DNA of 63,257 bases, filler included, from Collodictyon triciliatum (GCA_043381765.1; 6 parts of 6 records of this genome joined end to end with filler, not necessarily neighbours in it), one strand, 5' to 3'; numbered from the whole stretch's first letter, positions 13,401 to 37,679 are shown. The notes: generated from the letters alone by a model not told the origin. Made by a program: numbers and translations.

Positions 13401-14235
13401 ATGAAGCAGAATATAGAAGACCGAGAGGGAAGTAGGCGATATGTTTTGCATTTTGGCAATCAAAGTCGCACCAGTGATTCAGACAGGAGAAAGGATCCGA
13501 TGGGGAAAAAAATATCATATCGGTAACAAACGAGGGTAGATATTCATTGAAAATAGCCTGTTGCGCATTATATCGCATTTTTTATACTATATTTTATATA
13601 CGGTAATCCGTATTCAATGATTTTCGAGTATGATATGATTCTGTCCGTGCAAAGTTCGATGGTTGGTGGGCAGTGGTAACAGGAAAGTAGAACTGAAGTC
13701 GGGCAATATGAAAAGCAATCTGATATTCTTATCCATTCATCATNNNNNNNNNNNNNNNNNNNNNNNNNNNNNNNNNNNNNNNNNNNNNNNNNNNNNNNNN
13801 NNNNNNNNNNNNNNNNNNNNNNNNNNNNNNNNNNNNNNNNNNNNNNNNNNNNNNNNNNNNNNNNNNNNNNNNNNNNNNNNNNNNNNNNNNNNNNNNNNNN
13901 NNNNNNNNNNNNNNNNNNNNNNNNNNNNNNNNNNNNNNNNNNNNNNNNNNNNNNNNNNNNNNNNNNNNNNNNNNNNNNNNNNNNNNNNNNNNNNNNNNNN
14001 NNNNNNNNNNNNNNNNNNNNNNNNNNNNNNNNNNNNNNNNNNNNNNNNNNNNNNNNNNNNNNNNNNNNNNNNNNNNNNNNNNNNNNNNNNNNNNNNNNNN
14101 NNNNNNNNNNNNNNNNNNNNNNNNNNNNNNNNNNNNNNNNNNNNNNNNNNNNNNNNNNNNNNNNNNNNNNNNNNNNNNNNNNNNNNNNNNNNNNNNNNNN
14201 NNNNNNNNNNNNNNNNNNNNNNNNNNNNNNNNNNN

Positions 14236-14950
14236 AGCAAGAGAGCGCTTCACAGATGTGTGTTCCATAGAGTCATCCCCACTATGGCACATGGTGCATT
14301 CTGGGGAGGTCGTTGCTGCATGGACTACACGCGCACCTATCCATAACTCTCTGTTGGATAGATATTGAGAAGTAGGGTGCGGTGTTTCGGGAGTAGCTAA
14401 GGTATACGGGCTTGCTTCCAGCTTTTGACTATTGGCGGGTCTATAATGCCCATAGTTTCGGCCCAACGACTCATTTTCTCCGGTTTGTAGGGATTCGGAC
14501 TGATGATTTTATATCGAAACAGCTTGGAGAATACGTCGTGGCCATCGGGAATTGCGGAGAATCAGGCGTAATGGACCGCCTTTGGTTCTTCAGGCGAAAG
14601 AAAAATGGCGACGGCGTTCCGTATGAGATGGGACGATGTGAGCGCCATTCTCCTTTGTTGTTCAGGACGGCTGTGGTTGGGGTTGCATTCGACGAGTGAA
14701 ATATCGTTGCATTTTTCGACGGTGCGAAGCTCCCATCCTTTTGGAATGCGACTTGTTGCAGGACGAAGGAGCTGTTTCCTTCTCTCGACTTGATGATACA
14801 GAAGCCTTTTGCTCTATCCCAGCAAAGTTGGCCTGTACCCGCATGTAGTTGGGTAGACCCTTGTTAAATCCAATCACACTGCACTTCTGATTATGCAGCG
14901 CGGCCCTGGACACTTTTTCTCTGTTAATGTGAAGCCCATGAAGCGGAAGA
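14236..14950 (-). mobile_element. Degenerate non-LTR retrotransposon (LINE) ORF2 C-terminal remnant (zf-RVT-like)
   Basis: Broken frames read KSWKQARIP*LLPKHRTLLLNI...RELWIGARV...SPECTMCHSGDDSMEH (CxxC...EH zinc-knuckle pattern), with KGLPNY upstream; contains stops and frameshifts. Confidence 0.6.
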
Positions 14951-15112
14951 AAATATTGTTTAACCCAAAATTATTTCTTCCTGTTTCATCCCCTTCATTA
15001 GAAGATCTGTCAACAAAAAACAGAAACAAACAGTAATAAAAATAATTAGACAAATACAAAGGCATACACCGAAAAAAAAAGAAGAAGGAAGGAAGCTTTC
15101 TGGTGTACCGAC

Positions 15113-25984
<10,872 letters not shown>

Positions 25985-26209
25985 GTCGGCAAGTGAATTG
26001 TTTGGGATTTGCCTCTGAGAAACTCGGATGTGGGTCGAGCGAGTTATTTAACCATAGAAAATTCCTCCTCGGCCAAATATGTGGGAGAACTTTCGTCTCT
26101 CAAATGTTTTCTCTCTTTTCAATCCCGGTTACTACAGCCATACGTACAGAAAAAAAAAGGGGGGTTCCCAATAAACATACCACTTTATACCGATTACAGG
26201 GGAAAAAAT

Positions 26210-26296
<87 letters not shown>

Positions 26297-26821
26297 AAAA
26301 GGAGAAAAGAAGAAAATAAACTAGATAAAATCGTTTAATCCTTGGAATTAACCACGCAACAAGTACCAACCATGATATTTTTTTAAGGAAATTATGATAT
26401 TTTTCAATTAGAGTATGGTCGGTACATTCAGTAAAATTAACATATCTATGAGACTTTCACTTTGGAAGCTAGTTGATCTGGTTGGTATTTCATGTCTTTA
26501 TGTGTTTTGTGTCGTTTTACACGAGACAAAAATTGGGGGCTCTCCTATATCTTGAGAAGTGATAGAAGGTCGTCCCAGCAGTCAAAGAAGAATTGCAGGT
26601 GTCGCCCTTTAAATGGTTTAGAGCGCGAAGTTAGCAAATCACTTTCGATGCATTAAACACTTATAACGAGGAAAATGACTTTATCTGGGTTTGGATTGAT
26701 TCATTGGCCGCTGCGACCTTTCTTTTGTACCATGCAACACATTATATATAATATCATGAATCTAATACCTTTTTTCTTTCGGGAAAAAAATTGTGAAAGG
26801 CGTTCGCATATAACGGTGAAA

Positions 26822-29001
26822 CTAGCTGTCTGTGGCGTTGGTGGTAATCGCCGAAATGATTTCCTGTAGGTCACTGTCTTGCTGGGTTCGCAAAAGATAT
26901 GTTTTTAGTTTAGATTCGCCTCCTTCCGTCGCAATTGCCGAAAATCCTGCAACCTTATCGTTTCTCTTCTTTAATTTTTTGACAAACTCTTCGTTAATCC
27001 ATGTGTTTACGATGATTGGCTTCATGCCACTTGCGATTCGAATGATAAGTAAATAGCTGGTTTTGCTATTCGCCTCAGTCTTTATGATACGTAGATTTGA
27101 CTTTCCGAAGCTTTTGAATTCACCCTTTCCAGATTCATTCTCATTAGCCTTCTGTAGCTTGTAAGCATACATCATAACAACCTTCTCTAGAATCAATACT
27201 TCTCCATCTTTCAGCCCATCTTCGTCATATGTGGTTGGAGGGCCGCCGTCTGTCTCTGTAGTTTCATCATCATCCGCAGCTTCAGCTTGGGTTTGCGACG
27301 CCGCGTTAGGAGTCGCCGCGCTTACTTGTGGAAAGGCTCCCCCAGAGCCAAAAGCAAATAAGGGAGTTGTTGAAGTGCTTGTTGTCGTAGCAGTTGTAGC
27401 TATTCCAAATGCAAATGGAGAGGTGGAGGTGGTGGTTGGGGCAGCTGGTGTTGATTGGGTTGTTATTGATTGAAAAGCTGATGTTGCTGACCCAAATGCA
27501 AATGGGGAGGCAGACGTTGCACTCGGGACAATTGGTGTTGATTGGGGTGTTGTAGCTGAGCCAAATGCAAATGGAGAAGCGGATGATGTAGTCGGGGCAG
27601 CCGGTGTTGGTTGGGGTGTTGTTGATTGAACAGCTGGTGTTGAGCCAAATGCAAATGGGGAGGCAGGCGTTGTGGTTGGGGCAGATGGTGTTGGTTGGAG
27701 TGTTGTAGCTGAGCCGAATGCAAATGGAGAAGCGGATGACGTAGTTGGGGCAGCTGGTGTTGATTGGGTTTTTATTGATTGAGGTGCTGTAGTTGAGCCA
27801 AATGCAAATGGGGAGGCAGGCGTTGTGGTTGGGGCAGATGGTGTTGGTTGGAGTGTTGTTGATTGAACAGCTGGTGTTGTTGAGCCAAATGCAAATGGGG
27901 AGGCAGACGTTGTGCTTGGAACGATTGGTGTTGATTGGGGTGCTGTGGTTGAGCCAAATGCAAATGGAGAAGCGGATGATGTAGTTGGGGCAGCTAGTGT
28001 TGATTGGGTTTGTGTTGATTGGGGTGCTGTGGTTGAGCCGAATGCAAATGAGGAGGCAGGTGTTGAGGCTTGGGTTGAAGTTTTTGGTTGAGTAGTTGGG
28101 GTGGACTGCGTAACCGATGTCTTTGAAACATTTGGCGTTGAGCTGAACGCAAATGGAGAGGCGGGAGGGATTGGAGCACTTTCATCTTTGTCTGCAGCAC
28201 GTGAAAGGCTCTGGGTTGCGGCAAATGCTGGCAATGATATGTGTGCCGTCTTTAAATGATTGGAGTCAAGCGGGCTTGGTGACAATGTTTTCAGCTGTCC
28301 TTGATGTTCTCCTGTCGCATAGGGAGAGCTTTTGGCATTTTGGGTGATGCCTACAGTGGGATTGCTTGATGAAGAGGAGCTGTCAAACTTGGGCAGTGAC
28401 AACTGCGATTTGTTAGTAACTGCTGGTGTAATGTTTGAGGGAGATGGCATGTGCACTGAGTTGAATCCAGGTAAACCTTTTTTGGCCATTTCTAGCTCGG
28501 TATGAGTTAGTTTTGTTGGCCCTGGGGTAAAATGATATGGAATTGTAAATAAGATATAACAAATCATTTAAAAACAAAAAAAAAACAATTATACATCATA
28601 CGCTTTATATATTCATTTCGGAATCATACGACATAGCTCGATTACAACAAAATGGCTGATTATTATGTATATATATTTCTTCGTATGTGATTAAGACTGG
28701 GTTATGATGTGATTGTAATATAAGTGAGAGAAAAAAAAAAGGACTACAATAGATACGAACCCTCTTGTGGTGATGCCGGGTTATAAGGGACACGGATGAT
28801 TTCGGAGGAAGGGATTTCCTGGCCAACGTGCTTCTGGAGCGTTGTTTCACATTCTTTCAGGAATGACGGTTCAGATTTGAGTCTTTTGGCAACTTGGATA
28901 TATGCCAAAAGAAGCTGCGTCAAGTCTTGATCCGCGCTTTTTTCAACCTCGGCAGCGATTTGATCCAAGAAGTTTCCATTCAGAACCTCAAAAACCTTCA
29001 T
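26822..29001 (-). CDS. NUP50: Nup50/Nup2-like nucleoporin: N-terminal helical motif, ten FAFG repeats, C-terminal Ran-binding-like domain
   Basis: Exon 1 reads LNGNFLDQIAAEVEKSADQDLTQLLLAY (Nup50/Nup2 LN..F..I......DL......Y motif). Intron 28760-28522. Ten FAFG repeats follow, then an acidic linker and GE...K..MYAY...FKSFGKSNLRI...IIR...IVN (RanBD-like). The exact start is uncertain. Confidence 0.8.
27345..28170 (-). repeat. Coding tandem repeat array encoding SPFAFG + S/T/P/Q spacers
   Basis: Recurrent forward-strand unit gagccaaatgcaaatgg(a/g)ga with reshuffled near-identical spacers. Confidence 0.9.
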
Positions 29002-29462
29002 TCCAGCTCGTTTGTGGCTGCGAAAGGATGTATGTGACAATTAGCACTTTCCCTCTCCTCTTCAACATCTTGACAAAATATGCGAGTGAGGCAAAGCTGT
29101 GCGAAGGGAAAGTTACGTATGCTGTCTTTTACAACTACCATTGTCACAAGCGCCTTGTGCAATAGAAAAGAGACTTAAAGGCAGCAAAGGGAAAATGAAG
29201 GGAGACACAGACAAACAACAAGATAATAATAAAAATAAAAATAATCCGAGATGATAGAATAAACAGGCGCCTGTAAAACGCCCAGAAGCTTTTGATCAGA
29301 TTCAAAACGTGATGTGCGATGTGGCCTGATTCAACCCAGACAAAGGACATCCCAAAAAAGAAGCAGAATATTCAGTAAAATATAATATATCTGGAATATA
29401 CAGTTTATAACATACCGTAATATAACTATCATGGTATGATACAGCACCTAGGCGCTAAACGA

Positions 29463-29579
29463 CAATATCAAGTCCATAACCGCCTCTTGGAAAAGATTCC
29501 ATCTTTCAGACATTGGAAAAGCGAGGCTATGGAACCAACTCATGCTATCGACCCTCATCCACAACATGAAGGGCTCTCA
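29463..29579 (+). mobile_element. LINE fragment, 5'-truncated, running into the scaffold end
   Basis: 117 nt matching 30385-30501 with 4 substitutions (counted by eye). Confidence 0.88.
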
Positions 29580-29679
29580 NNNNNNNNNNNNNNNNNNNNN
29601 NNNNNNNNNNNNNNNNNNNNNNNTTAATTAATTAANNNNNNNNNNNNNNNNNNNNNNNNNNNNNNNNNNNNNNNNNNNN

Positions 29680-31030
29680 AGATATTTACGACGCTACTCA
29701 GAAATCGCATATCACCCATCGCTGACAAACTCATATCCAAAGAGCAGATTGGCTTCATGAACGGAAGGAACATCGACAAAAACATCTGGGTTGTCAACAA
29801 AGAGTACATGGAATATCAAGTGAGCGGGACACCCCGCGCTATGATTTTCTACGACCTTGAGAAAGCATATGACTATGTGAATCACGAAGCCCTGGAAATC
29901 ATCTTAAAAAAAAGCGAGGATTCTGCTCGAAGTTCACCACACTCATCAAGAAGCTTCAAGACAACGCCACAACTAGGGTTCTGACTGCACACGGCCCTAC
30001 TGACATAATCCAAAGACAGAGCGGGGTGTATCAAGGCTGCCCACTTGCACCACTGCTCTTCAACTTAGTCACTGACTGCCTTGCAATCCACTTCCGAAAC
30101 GAAAACAAGGTGCGCAACCAACTGCTACTTCAATATGCAGACGACACAGCTTTCATCTTGCGGTCTCTCGAAGGCGCCACACTCGCCAACAAATGCATGC
30201 AAGAATACACACGAGCTGTCGGAGGTAAAATCAACTTCAACAAAACAGACGGTATCCTATTCGGCCTACAGGATGATGGAATCCTACCAGAAAACATCGA
30301 CTGGAAATACCCAAACCACGCACTCAGATATCTGGGTATAATGTTTGGGAGCGGCTGCACAGAAAAGTGGGACAAGCTGGTCAGCAATATCAAGTCCATA
30401 ATCGCCTCTTGGAAAAGATTCCATCTGTCAGACATCGGAAAAGCGAGGCCATGGAACCAACTCATGCTATCGACCCTCATCCACAACATGAAGGGCTCTC
30501 ACTTACCACAAAAGCATCTCGACACACCGGAGAGAGCATATGCCGCACCTTCATCACAACAAAGAGACAGCAATACAAAATCAAAACACTGATTAAGCCA
30601 CCCACAGAAGCGAGGCGTTGGACTCATCACACTCAAAACCGCATGGATATCACTGACCATGAAGTGGTGGACGGACATGTTCATGCAGCCGAAAGGGTTT
30701 TGGCAGCGTGGAATGTGGCATCTCATCCATCGCACTGTGTGCAGACTTCAAAACACCGTTGCAACAAAGAACAATCCCACGACCACCTCCAAATACGCCC
30801 GAGCCTTTGCTCTCGCGTTGGCAGATTTTGTATACTCACTGCGAAATGACAATACCCCTGAACGAGCCATTGGCAGCAGGACACATATGCCGAGACACAA
30901 TACCTGATAGCTGGCTGTGCCCCAGCTACCCAACCCCTAATGGCATCCATGCAAACGAATGCAAGCGGGTCAATGTCAAAGTTCATCTCACGCAAATTGA
31001 AAAACAAACCCCATCTGCTGCGATGAATAA
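29680..31030 (+). mobile_element. Non-LTR retrotransposon (L1/Tx1-like) reverse transcriptase, frameshifted
   Basis: LRNRI...ISKEQIGFMNGR...DLEKAYDYV...GVYQGCPLAPLLF...QYADDT...KINFNKT...RYLG; frameshifts at the A8 run near 29906-29913 and near 30545; 3' end uncertain. Confidence 0.93.
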
Positions 31031-31353
31031 ACAATCATCATAATCATAATCTTGATTATTATAGTGCGTTCCGCTTTTAAATCGAATGGTTTTTTTCTAT
31101 TTGCAGCGTGTTGTTTTCGATCGCCATATGTTATCAGCTGGCTCCTTCTTTGTCTTGCCCTTTGGTTTAACCGAAAAACATAAGTTACCAATTCCACCAA
31201 ATCAGAGGGCGAGTCGTTGGTTGATTTTTTTTTATTTCTGTATTCTACTTTTCGCGATAATGATGTATGGGGATGATGGGACAGGAATTATCAAAGTTCT
31301 CAGCGAGAGCTTCAAAGCCCGAAAAATGTAGCGAATGGAATGAGAGGTGGGCA

Positions 31354-33514
31354 TCACGTATTTACTGCGCCGAGCTTGAGAGCGGTAGCCCTCTCAATAA
31401 GTTTCAAGAAAAAGCGCGCGTGGGATGGTGCGAGCTCAAAGAGTTTGGCCAAGGGGTCTGGCATTCCCAGCAGAACAATCCCCGTGCCAGTGGCTTTGAC
31501 CTCCTAAATACCTCAATCATGTCTCCACTGGCATTTTTACCGGCCAAGTAGGACATGATTTAGGATATGTTCATGTTTTTGTAGAGGCGCCGAATGCTTG
31601 ATGACTGAGCGACGGGGCAGAAATCAGGTCGCTGGTGATTTCCTTGAGCTTCGCCTCGACGCGCTGGGCAGTGATGCGAGTCACATAATTCATCTCCCAG
31701 CACTTGTGGATAAGAGCTGCAAGGTTAGAAGGACATGTTGCAGGGATGGGAAGCAGGTTGCCTTTGATCAAGGAGATTCCAACTTGACTGTCTGTCATAC
31801 CCTCATACGGATACTCACCGCTCAGCATGGACCAGAGAAGCACGCCGTAAGAGTAAACATCGCTGGGCAGCCCCATGCTTTTGCCTTCTTCAAAAACTTC
31901 GGGTGGAAACCATTTCACCGAGCCAGCTACCTTGCTCGCCGAGTTGACCGAGATGCCGCTCTTTGCAAGGCCGAAGTCGGTCAGTTTGGCAATCCCGTTC
32001 GCTAGGAGAACGTCCTCGGTCTTGAGGTCACGATGTTGGATAGGCCTTGGGCGCGTGTGAAGGTAGGCGAGGCCCTGGATGATGTGCTGCCCGTACTTGA
32101 GTGTCAGGTCGTTTCCTAGTGCTTTGCACCTTTTGATAAACGAGCACAAGTCACCCTCATTTGCAAACTCTACGACAAGGAGCATGTCCTTGCCGCGGAA
32201 CCCAAAATCGTATAGCGTCAAGATGTTAGGGTGCTGCAGCTCGAGCATCAGGGTTCCCTCCTTCTCGGGGTCTGTACCATCGACGATCGCGTGCATCTGT
32301 GCGTTCGCAATAAGCTTCACAGCGAAGAGGCCTGCCTTCAGCTGCACCTTGAAGACAAGCCCATAGCCACCCTTGCCCAGGATGTTCTCTGGCCTCTCAA
32401 AGTCTGTGTTCAGGAGGTCTGCATACTTGCCGAGGGCCAGACGACTAGGTCCTGCTTTGGATTTTCGTGAACAGCCAGTTCTGTGATAAAGTCAGAGAGT
32501 GGTATGTGAAAGGTATGTGGGCTTATACTTACCTGGTGTTGCAGCATTATGGGCTAGTGCAGCATTACGGGCTTCTTCGGCTGCAAAGGCTACTTCAGCT
32601 TCAGAAGCTAGTGCGACTTTGAGCGCTTGTTCGACCTTACGAGTCTCTTCAACTTTGCGGGTCTCTTCAGCCTTGCGGGTCTCTTCAGCCTGACGGGTCT
32701 CAGCAACAATATAGACCTACAAGGGATAATTAATCGTTTTCTGCGGTATGCAAATGAGAGCGGCTATGAATGGTTGAGTGTATACGTGGTCGTAGAGCTG
32801 CAGTTTTCGAAGGGCGTCGGCAAAGTTTAATTTCATTTGAGGTAGGGGTTTTTTTGAGTTGCGCCAGCAAGGAAGCGTTGTGATGTCACGCGGCGCCCTC
32901 TTTATGGTGATTTTCCCTTCATACTCGATACAGATAGTCTCCAGATTCGTGAGCGCTGTGATTTGTGGTGGAAGCTCCTCCATCTGCATACACCAAGGTC
33001 AGTCACTCACTCACTCACTCTCTCTCTCTCTCTTGTGGCATCAATACACATGTATAATACATACCTGGTTGCTGTTAATCCAAAGCTCAATGAGGCCAGT
33101 CAAACGCGATATTTCTGGTGGCAGTGACGAAAGCTGATTGTTAGCAAGGCCAAGAGAATTGAGGCCAGTCAAACACGATATTTGTGGAGGCAGCGACGAT
33201 AATTTGTTCCAACGAAGGTCAGAGCCAGTGAGTGCAGCCATGCACGATATTTGTGAAGGCAGCGACGACAGCCGGTTTTTGAAGAGAAAAAGACCAGTGA
33301 GTGCAGTCAAGCACGATATTTGTGGAGGCAGCGACGACAATTTGTTGTTGGAAAGGTCCAAAGCCCTCAAATGATTCAACAAGAAAACACCACGCGGGAC
33401 AGTCTCCAACTTCTTGAACCCGAGAAGAAAGTCTGCGGAACGTTCCAGTGTGGCGACATCAGCTTTCCCTTTGATTCTGGCAAGCTCCTCCAAAAGCGCA
33501 GCTTCGTGAGCCAT
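31354..33514 (-). pseudogene. LRR + coiled-coil + TKL-type protein kinase gene with disablements and a possible degraded C-terminal SAM-like domain
   Basis: LxxLxLxxNxLxxLPPQI repeats (33514-32900), EETRK repeats, and kinase LGKGGYG/AVK/HRDLK/DFG/PPE. The last intron joins out of frame (stop at 32412-32410) and the catalytic-loop Asn is replaced (HRDLKTEDV). Further broken frames follow the kinase. Confidence 0.75.
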
Positions 33515-33966
33515 CGGGACAGAATTGGGGCGGGAGGTGGTTTGACAGGTTTTGTGGGCTGTGTGAACGAGTGGATTGAGTTGCGCATTAGTTAGTTGTG
33601 TGGCGTTCGTTCGCTTTGTGACTGCGCAATTAGCAACACGAATGGGACGAACTTTGTCTGGGTGAGTCCGGAGTGGTTGTGTGCGCGGAGAAAGGGTTGT
33701 GTTTTGTGGGTGCGAATCGTTGGGCAGGATTCACGTTGCTTGTGACAGTGGCTACTCCGAGCAGGGAAGCTGGAAAATCCCACAAAGGCTGGCGAATCAT
33801 CCGTCCAAATGTGGATATGATATCCTTCGCAAATGAATCGCGTTGTGTGTTGTTGTGTGGTTCTGCAGATGGTTGGCAACGCGCTCAACTGTCACATGGT
33901 TCGTTATAACCGTGTGCACCCATCATGCGCGATGTATAGATGACAGCTTTCTGCAGTTCGTGGGAT

Positions 33967-34194
33967 TGTTTGTTTGTTTGTTTGTTTGTTTGTTTGTTTG
34001 TTTGTTTGTTTGTTTGTTTGTTTGTTTGTTTGTTTGTTTGTTTGTTTGTTTGTTTGTTTGTTTTTTGTTTGTTTGTTTGTTTGTTTTTGTTTGTTTGTTT
34101 GTTTGTGTGAGGCTAAAGTCCCTAAGATCAACCTATCCTATACCCCACAATGCGAATAAGTGCGATGATCCACACAATGAGAGAGACAGAAACA

Positions 34195-34268
<74 letters not shown>
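33967..34268. repeat. (TTTG)n microsatellite and long poly(A)
   Basis: Directly visible. Confidence 0.95.
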
Positions 34269-34269
<1 letters not shown>

Positions 34270-34708
34270 ACAATATGAATAAGAAAAAGTCTCCTTTGCT
34301 GGGAAACAAGCACACTGAGAGAGAAAAAGACACATTGTCCAGAAAAAAAATATCATTACACTGGGGTTCTTTCCTTCTTCTCCCAACACGCCACATTCTA
34401 AAGCGGGAAAAAAAACACAAAAAACAAGCAAGCGATCAGAAAGAGGGATCCTGAGAAGGACGAGACCGCCTACCAGGAGACCGACGCCACAGCCCTGCGC
34501 CAATGAATGCCTACTGACCGTACGCGAAACGAGAAGGCCGCCGCAGCCAACGCAGAGAGCGAAAAGGCCACTTGATCACATCCCTTGCAACACAGGCCAT
34601 GCACCGAGACACACTGAAGATCAAGACATCAGCTGTCACCGACCAGTAAGTACAACAAACTACTAATAGGATGGAGCGAGCTCTTTGAAACAAATAATGA
34701 TAATAATG

Positions 34709-34740
<32 letters not shown>

Positions 34741-35589
34741 GGGGAATAAAAAAGACCTATCAAGCTCAAGCCATCGACCCACGACAGCAACGTCAGTATG
34801 AGTACAGTGCTCAGTATTAGTTGCTCTGATTCATTCACCCGTCTTTTTTTCTTTTTCTTTTTTNNNNNNNNNNNNNNNNNNNNNNNNNNNNNNNNNNNNN
34901 NNNNNNNNNNNNNNNNNNNNNNNNNNNNNNNNNNNNNNNNNNNNNNNNNNNNNNNNNNNNNNNNNNNNNNNNNNNNNNNNNNNNNNNNNNNNNNNNNNNN
35001 NNNNNNNNNNNNNNNNNNNNNNNNNNNNNNNNNNNNNNNNNNNNNNNNNNNNNNNNNNNNNNNNNNNNNNNNNNNNNNNNNNNNNNNNNNNNNNNNNNNN
35101 NNNNNNNNNNNNNNNNNNNNNNNNNNNNNNNNNNNNNNNNNNNNNNNNNNNNNNNNNNNNNNNNNNNNNNNNNNNNNNNNNNNNNNNNNNNNNNNNNNNN
35201 NNNNNNNNNNNNNNNNNNNNNNNNNNNNNNNNNNNNNNNNNNNNNNNNNNNNNNNNNNNNNNNNNNNNNNNNNNNNNNNNNNNNNNNNNNNNNNNNNNNN
35301 NNNNNNNNNNNNNNNNNNNNNNNNNNNNNNNNNNNNNNNNNNNNNNNNNNNNNNNNNNNNNNNNNNNNNNNNNNNNNNNNNNNNNNNNNNNNNNNNNNNN
35401 NNNNNNNNNNNNNNNNNNNNNNNNNNNNNNNNNNNNNNNNNNNNNNNNNNNNNNNNNNNNNNNNNNNNNNNNNNNNNNNNNNNNNNNNNNNNNNNNNNNN
35501 NNNNNNNNNNNNNNNNNNNNNNNNNNNNNNNNNNNNNNNNNNNNNNNNNNNNNNNNNNNNNNNNNNNNNNNNNNNNNNNNNNNNNNNNN

Positions 35590-35830
35590 TTTTTCCGTCT
35601 TCTGCCCTGAGAATAATTGGACAAGACAAATCCTTAGGAGAAAAACAAATATAGTAATTCTTTTTGTGGAAGAACGAATCTTATCCGGGCTCAAGCTTCC
35701 TGCCAAGCTCTGTCAATCGCCCTCAGCCCTTTGTACCATATAATCAGACCACAAAGTTGTCTCCCGCCACTCCAAATGGAAAAAAAAACAAAGGGGAAAA
35801 GAGTTCCATACATTTTATACAAAAGAGGGG
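35590..35830 (+). mobile_element. Possible highly degraded LINE endonuclease C-terminal remnant
   Basis: Broken frames give TNIVILFVEERIL (RIDYIFV-like) followed by SDHKVV...QRGKE; weak motif match only. Confidence 0.25.
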
Positions 35831-36670
35831 AATGTCTCGTGCTCGATTATTATCAAATGTGGAAAATAGGTTGCTTTCGCAGGCCACACAATGTTGGAAA
35901 TATCCTTCTGAATTTCGGAACCCCCGTTTAATATTTAATCTGGAATATATTATAAAATCTAGATTGTACCTAATATAAATAAAAGTAAGAATAGACTAGT
36001 GATATTCAGATTATTAAACGTAAAATATATGCATGTATACCACTCGTCCCTCGCTCCAAGAACGTTCAAGAACGAATACTGTATGGAATGGCATTCCAGA
36101 TTACACATCTCTCAACACATTCTACGAACAAACCCCAAAACTGGGAGCAGATTTAAAGCGACAAACCCAAATCCGTCCTGCCAAACCTCGAATCGAATAG
36201 AACATTCTCGTAGTGAGAAGAAGACACAGCACAGTGCAACACATTCACACAGCAAAAGCATGGACTATTGCAAGGAGACTTGAGCCGAGGAAAGACAAAA
36301 AGACAAAAAGACAAAAAGACAAGGGAGAACAAAGGCCGAAACACAAATCAAATCCACAGAAGCGCGTATACGAAACAAAGACGTGGCAATGCGCTGTGAG
36401 GGCGCCCAGGCATCAACGCCAACCCAGCGCAAGCCTCGTCACCCACGCAAGCACACAGCACATAATCAGCTGCTCAAGATGATCAAATCACCACCGATTG
36501 TTTTCTTTTTCTTTTGTTTGCTTATTTGCTTCTGGACCAGCCCTTAAGGGTTGTCGAAGAGCACACACTCCCAACACAACTGAACATAACCTAAACGCCC
36601 AACAGGAAAAAAAAAAGAAAAAAGAGGAAGAAAAAGAGACAAAGCAGACTACAACCCACAAACAACAGCC

Positions 36671-37460
36671 ATGAGCCAAGACTGGAACTCCGTTGTGATC
36701 CGCAAACCATCTGCAAAGGGCCCTGCACCCTCCTCAGCACAACTCGCAACCCGGGCAGTCCAGAGCGGGCTGAGCATCGAAACGACGAAAAAGTGTAAGC
36801 GTAGAAAGCAGCAACTCCCTTTTTATATTTATTTTTATTTTTTTCTTTATATTTTGTTCTTTTTCTTTCTTCTCTCTTTCTCATACGGATCCCCAGGCTC
36901 TACCACTCACCCCCACTTGCTCTCCCTTTTGCTGTGCCCCCTTTTGCTGCGGCGCCTCTAGACGGAGCCGGGTCCAACCACCGGCCAGCCAGCGACCTGA
37001 ACACAAAGAAGCTTGCAGAGGAGACGGAGGAGCTGCGCCACCGCACCGTGTCGCTGGAGCTTTCGCGCAAGCTGCAGCAGGCACGACAGGCCAAAGGCAT
37101 GACGCAGAAGGACCTCGCCACGGCCCTCAACGAGCCCGTCTCCACCGTCAACTCGTACGAGGCCGGCAAGGCGATTCCAAACAGCCAGGTGAGTGCTCCT
37201 TCTTCCCTTCTTTTATATATATAGTACATACGGATCGCTGCAGCCTCTCTCCTCTCTCCCCTCCTTTGGCCTGGCCATGGCTGTGGGCGAGTGAGTGAGA
37301 GTTAGGGAGAGAGAGAGAGAGAGCGCGAACAAACAAACAAAGAAACAAACAGACCTTCCAATCGACGAATTCTCTCTCACGCATTGCCTGCGTACTGCGC
37401 CGCATCTGCAAACAGGTGATCAACAGGATGGAGCGAGTCCTCGGAGCGAAGCTGCGCTAA
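36671..37460 (+). CDS. MBF1: Multiprotein bridging factor 1 (EDF1); exons 36671-36793, 36962-37188, 37416-37460
   Basis: MSQDWNSVVIRK...IETTKKYGAGSN...NTKKLAEETEEL...LQQARQAKGMTQKDLATALNE...VNSYEAGKAIPNSQVINRMERVLGAKLR*; clean GT-AG joins. Confidence 0.96.
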
Positions 37461-37679
37461 GAGCCGCCTGAGGCCTTTAGACACGACCCCCTTCGCCCCT
37501 CCCCCCTCCCCCTCCCCCTCCCCCTCCCCCTCCACTCCCGCCTCACCGCCCTCCGCAGCGCCGGGCGTGCAGACAAATAAACGGCAGCGCCGAGTGTAAG
37601 CGGCGCAACCCACGCCCGATCGCCCTGACACACCGAATCACACAAACACGTGGACAGAATCCCACAGCCTCGGCCGACG

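Noticed and set aside
29900..29920. A8 run as a programmed frameshift in the LINE RT
   Set aside because: The element has other disablements; homopolymer slippage or sequencing error is simpler.
34440..34660. GC-richer patch ending in a GTAAGT donor-like site
   Set aside because: No convincing reading frame or homology, and it is next to a large gap.
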